Shown here: positions 27,121-30,320 of the stretch, piece after piece
Layout of the letters: each line of letters starts with the position of its first letter
Position numbering within the stretch: position 1 is the stretch's first letter
Notes under the pieces: generated by a model
What the model saw: only the letters and a program-made list of their open reading frames with translations
What the model was told of the DNA's origin: nothing
Databases searched by the model: none
Source of the DNA: a virus
Taxonomy: Duplodnaviria; Caudoviricetes
Reading direction: 5' to 3' (one strand)
Length of the DNA stretch: 30,320 nt
Virus record (IMG/VR): IMGVR_UViG_3300014202_000126
Span: 1 to 30,320 of that record
Program-made: the position numbers and the translations under genes

Positions 27121-27263
27121 AGCAGCTTTCTCCGCGCCGTATCCAGAAGTTCGGAGGCGCTGTCCACGCCGTCCGCGGCGCCGCGCAGCAGGTACGACAG
27201 GGCCAGGAATAGCCATCTGACTATCACGATACCGCCAGAAGCGGCGGACTTCAGGTATTGCAT
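27117..27263 (-). CDS. Small hypothetical protein (48 aa)
   Basis: AGGAG RBS; MQYLKSAASGGIVIVRWLFLALSYLLRG...; fills the gap and its stop overlaps the i-spanin start. Confidence 0.6.
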   Translation of the reverse strand: MQYLKSAASGGIVIVRWLFLALSYLLRGAADGVDSASELLDTARRKLL

Positions 27264-27272
27264 TGATAGCTC

Positions 27273-28460
27273 CTATCCTGTCAGGCTGGCTCCCACCATG
27301 CCAGGCGTAATCACGACCCGCCCAACCTCGCCGTGTTCGCGGCTGTAGGTGATGGCCTGCGCCGACCGGCCGGACATATACCCGCCACGGCTGGCATAGG
27401 CGTCAGGCGCGGCAAGCGTTCGGTGCTGTTCGACGATCATCAGCGGCGATTCGAGCGTTTTGGCGTGGTGCATGTGGCCCATGTGCGCATAGCTGTGTTT
27501 CGTGCGGCCGAAAACTTCCCGGAACTTGGCGACAAACACATCATCAACGGCTTCAGGCTTTCGCTTGTGGCCGTGGTGGAAGAACAGCGACGTGCGCCCG
27601 TGCTCATAGCAGTAGTAGCCGTCTGCGCCGAGGTCCACCGTTACGCGAGGCTCGTTCTCATAATGGGCGGCAAGCCACTCGCGCAGCCAAATACTGCCAA
27701 CCGGGTCGTGGTTGGCATCGGCCATGATGATATGCACCTGCGGATGCTTGGCCAGCAACATGCCGATTACGGCGCGCATCAGGCGGATAGCAACGCGCAC
27801 CACCTTTTGCAGCCGGGTATCGGCATCCAGTACATGTTTACTGGCCGGCGTCAGGGCGTCCAAGTTGTCGATGTGCAGGAAGTCGCCGAGCTGACCGAGT
27901 ATGCCGACCTGCGCGGCTGGCGTTGCTTCAATCGCGGCGGCGAACCACCTGATAAGCAGCTCTTCGGCGATCTTGATGTCCCAATCGGCGCCGGTTTCGT
28001 CGTGCCAGGCCAGCATGCCGAGGTGGTAGTCCGTAATAACGTAGAGCGTGGCAAGCTCAGAATTTCCGGGCCCGGTTTTATTCTGTGGAATACACCGAGG
28101 AAGGTCGTCGGCGAACGCCGCGAATGCCTCTCGCATGATCTGATCGCGCCGCTCGTCGTCAGCGCGGCTCTTGACCCACTGCGCCTTGACTTGGCCGTCG
28201 CCGCCGTACAGCGTGGATATACCGCCGACGTTATAGCCGTCCGGAACCGGGTGGACCATGTCGTGCTCGGGCGACCATCCGGCCTTGGCGGCCTTCTTGC
28301 GCACCGCGGATATGGCCGCACACAGAGTCCGCGCATGGCATCCAAGCAGCTTGGCGCCGCCCCGCAGACTGCCCGCCTGTATCGCCGCCTCTATGTGTCG
28401 AGACTGCCCTTGCGAGGCATACGGCAGCAGCGCCTTTAGCGCGTCTGGGTCATGCCGCAC
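27273..28460 (-). CDS. HTH plus calcineurin-like metallophosphoesterase
   Basis: DYH, GDFLH, ANHD, HHGH and GHMHH motifs; N-terminal GSLRGGAKLLG HTH-like segment. Confidence 0.85.
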   Translation of the reverse strand: MRHDPDALKALLPYASQGQSRHIEAAIQAGSLRGGAKLLGCHARTLCAAISAVRKKAAKAGWSPEHDMVHPVPDGYNVGGISTLYGGDGQVKAQWVKSRADDERRDQIMREAFAAFADDLPRCIPQNKTGPGNSELATLYVITDYHLGMLAWHDETGADWDIKIAEELLIRWFAAAIEATPAAQVGILGQLGDFLHIDNLDALTPASKHVLDADTRLQKVVRVAIRLMRAVIGMLLAKHPQVHIIMADANHDPVGSIWLREWLAAHYENEPRVTVDLGADGYYCYEHGRTSLFFHHGHKRKPEAVDDVFVAKFREVFGRTKHSYAHMGHMHHAKTLESPLMIVEQHRTLAAPDAYASRGGYMSGRSAQAITYSREHGEVGRVVITPGMVGASLTG

Positions 28461-28917
28461 AGGCTAGACGCCAACAGACCATCCACGACTCGTGCCTTGG
28501 TCTGCCTGGGCGCCAGGCGGACAGATATTGATTCCAGCCCTCGCCCGGCTCCGTCGCCAGCGGTTCAGGAAGCCACCACAGGTTAAGGCGAGCCACCACG
28601 GCGGCCAGCACGTCATTGTGCTCGATAGTCGCGTGCAGGCCAACATCGTCGTCGGCCAGTTCGGCGTCGTAGTGGAGCGCCACCACGGCGGCCCGAAGGT
28701 GATCTTTGGTGGCCGGGTGGCGAATGACGCCAACAACGCCGCCGCGCTCGAATTGCCAGAACCCGCGCGCAGGCCCGCTGATCTGCCGGCGGTGCTCAAA
28801 GCGCGATTCCTGAAGGCCGATGGCCAGAAGCATGCGCCGGGCCTCTGGCGTGTCCATCCTAGTCGGCAGCAGGGATAGCGCCGCCGGCAGTATATAGGCG
28901 CGGGCCATTGCGAGCAC
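28450..28917 (-). CDS. Endolysin (lysozyme-like fold)
   Basis: LLAIGLQES, GPARGFWQFE, W..YL..WRPG.P motifs; GGAGG RBS before GTG; first late gene. Confidence 0.8.
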   Translation of the reverse strand: MLAMARAYILPAALSLLPTRMDTPEARRMLLAIGLQESRFEHRRQISGPARGFWQFERGGVVGVIRHPATKDHLRAAVVALHYDAELADDDVGLHATIEHNDVLAAVVARLNLWWLPEPLATEPGEGWNQYLSAWRPGRPRHESWMVCWRLACAA

Positions 28918-28933
28918 AGTATCCTCCGGACAC

Positions 28934-28956
28934 AAAAAAGCCCGGACTTGCCGGGC
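28934..28956 (-). terminator. tR'-like intrinsic terminator
   Basis: GCCCGG-CAAGU-CCGGGC followed by UUUUUU. Confidence 0.85.
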
Positions 28957-28996
28957 CTATGTCTTTATTACGGGCGAGCGCCCGCCCACGCGATGG

Positions 28997-29024
28997 AATT
29001 TACCACAACAAACTAGAATGTCAA
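28997..29024 (-). promoter_or_regulatory. pR'-like late promoter
   Basis: TTGACA-N16-TAAATT with TG extension; the -35 overlaps the stop codon of the Q-like gene. Confidence 0.75.
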
Positions 29025-29566
29025 GCGTCTGCCGGCGCCTCACTAAGCGCCTCTCTCATGGTGGCGAGAGCGGCTCTTTCGTGTGTGCGCAGCAAGCGAT
29101 GCAGGGCCGCATACCGGGGCGCCCACTTGTCAGCCGGCAAGCCGCTTATTTGCGTCAGTTCGTCATCGGTCGCCCGGCGCCGCCCGCTTCCGCCACAGGC
29201 CGGGCAGTCAATCGCCTTGACCGCGCCGTCCACCATGCGCCATGTGGATGCCGTTCCAGCGCAGGACAGGCACGGCGGCGGGTCCACGTACTCGCCCAGC
29301 ACCATAGACACCACACCGCGCAGGATGCCGGGCTTGGGCTTGTCCGGCCATACCGCGCTGGCTAGCTCGGTCAGCATGGCGCGCTCTACCGTGCGCAGGG
29401 CTGCATTGTCGCCAGCGTACCGGGCCAGCAGCAGGTAGCCGGCCCAGGTCGGCCGCACCCTTGCCATGGCTGCCAGCAGGCGCTGGCGTATGTCGCTTCC
29501 GCCGCCGGAGCGGTCGAGGTTGACGGCGCCGGGCGTCAGTAGGGCCAGTGCCTCTCGGATGTCCAC
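29021..29566 (-). CDS. Late antitermination protein (Q-like)
   Basis: CLSCAG...CPACGGSG Zn finger; sits immediately before promoter, terminator and lysis genes. Confidence 0.8.
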   Translation of the reverse strand: MDIREALALLTPGAVNLDRSGGGSDIRQRLLAAMARVRPTWAGYLLLARYAGDNAALRTVERAMLTELASAVWPDKPKPGILRGVVSMVLGEYVDPPPCLSCAGTASTWRMVDGAVKAIDCPACGGSGRRRATDDELTQISGLPADKWAPRYAALHRLLRTHERAALATMREALSEAPADA

Positions 29567-29832
29567 TAAAACGGCACGTCCAAGTCATCGTCGAAGCCCG
29601 GCTCGGCCTTTCGGTCGCTACCCCATGCCGGCTCGGCCGGGGCGCGCGGCTCCTTGCGCTTGACCTGCAACGACTGCCACGGCTCGCCGAGCTTGGTCTT
29701 TTTGGTCCACGCGCTGACCTCGTACAGCACGCCGTCAAGCATCAGCTCGCCGCGTCCGTTCGGGTGATTTTCGGCGGTTTTGTGCTTGTTTTTGAACACG
29801 CTTCCTTGGCCGTCTCGCAGTTCATACGCCAT
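29566..29832 (-). CDS. Small SSB-like protein
   Basis: FKN..K..ENHP..RG....DG..Y.VSAW motif; acidic DDDLDVPF tail. Confidence 0.7.
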   Translation of the reverse strand: MAYELRDGQGSVFKNKHKTAENHPNGRGELMLDGVLYEVSAWTKKTKLGEPWQSLQVKRKEPRAPAEPAWGSDRKAEPGFDDDLDVPF

Positions 29833-30154
29833 ATTTCGTCTCCAGTTCGATCAGTTGCTCAATGGTGTGAATCGCCTTTCTCAGGTCGTCGATGCCGCCC
29901 TTGCTGCGCCACCGGGACAGGTAGGCGATGGCAGTTCCCTCGCTGAAGCCGATGCCGTTTCGGTGGATGAATTCGACCGGCTGAATTGCCATGTCGCTGT
30001 AGTGTGTGCCGCCGACTTGGCGCTCGAAGGCGCTGGCGTCTTGATGGGCGCCGGAGTCTTTTGCGGGGGCGCCTCCTGCCCGCTCAGCCGGCCTCACCAC
30101 TGACGATACGCTCCACCTCGCCGCATAGCTCTCTCCTTTCTTCTTTACGCTCAT
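29822..30154 (-). CDS. DUF3310 family protein
   Basis: QVGGTHY...IQP.EFI, Y..RW..KGG..DL.KA.H motifs; start position uncertain. Confidence 0.8.
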   Translation of the reverse strand: MSVKKKGESYAARWSVSSVVRPAERAGGAPAKDSGAHQDASAFERQVGGTHYSDMAIQPVEFIHRNGIGFSEGTAIAYLSRWRSKGGIDDLRKAIHTIEQLIELETKYGV

Positions 30155-30155
30155 G

Positions 30156-30320
30156 TCATGTCTCAGAATGTCCACAATCAACACACTTCCGCCCGCACTC
30201 CACCAGCCGGCCAGGCCCGCCAGCGGACATCGTGACTACCTCGCCGCCGATGAAGTCCGGCGAGCCGGTATAGGTCGATTCCATAGCGATTCCGCCACGG
30301 CGCATGGGGCCGCCGCATTT
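30156..30320 (-). CDS. Zn-ribbon protein, partial (5' end outside the window)
   Basis: ...KCGGPM...KCVDCGHSET*. Confidence 0.6.
   Translation of the reverse strand, partial: KCGGPMRRGGIAMESTYTGSPDFIGGEVVTMSAGGPGRLVECGRKCVDCGHSET

Overview
The window holds the late region of a tailed, siphovirus-like phage or prophage. The DNA is GC-rich and probably from a proteobacterial host (inference). Almost all genes are on the minus strand. In transcription order, right to left: Zn-ribbon fragment, DUF3310, SSB-like protein, Q-like antiterminator, pR'/tR'-like late promoter and terminator, then a lysis cassette (endolysin, HTH-metallophosphoesterase, spanins, holin-like genes). A plus-strand island of small genes follows. 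After it come TerS, TerL with a LAGLIDADG intein in Walker A, DUF4055 portal, minor head protein, scaffold and a P22-like coat protein. Next are a four-gene head-appendage-like module with a 15x23-aa repeat protein, neck genes, tail tube, a -1 frameshifted chaperone pair and the tape measure protein. The region ends with a GTA-like tail tip (DUF2460, DUF2163, NlpC/P60, tip protein, DUF2793 fibre). The most notable signals are the repeat-protein module, two identically spaced promoter-operator-hairpin-RBS cassettes in the antisense island, a GNGAW-pentaloop hairpin family in the head-gene leaders, and the intein. All family names come from motif recognition by eye, not from database searches.
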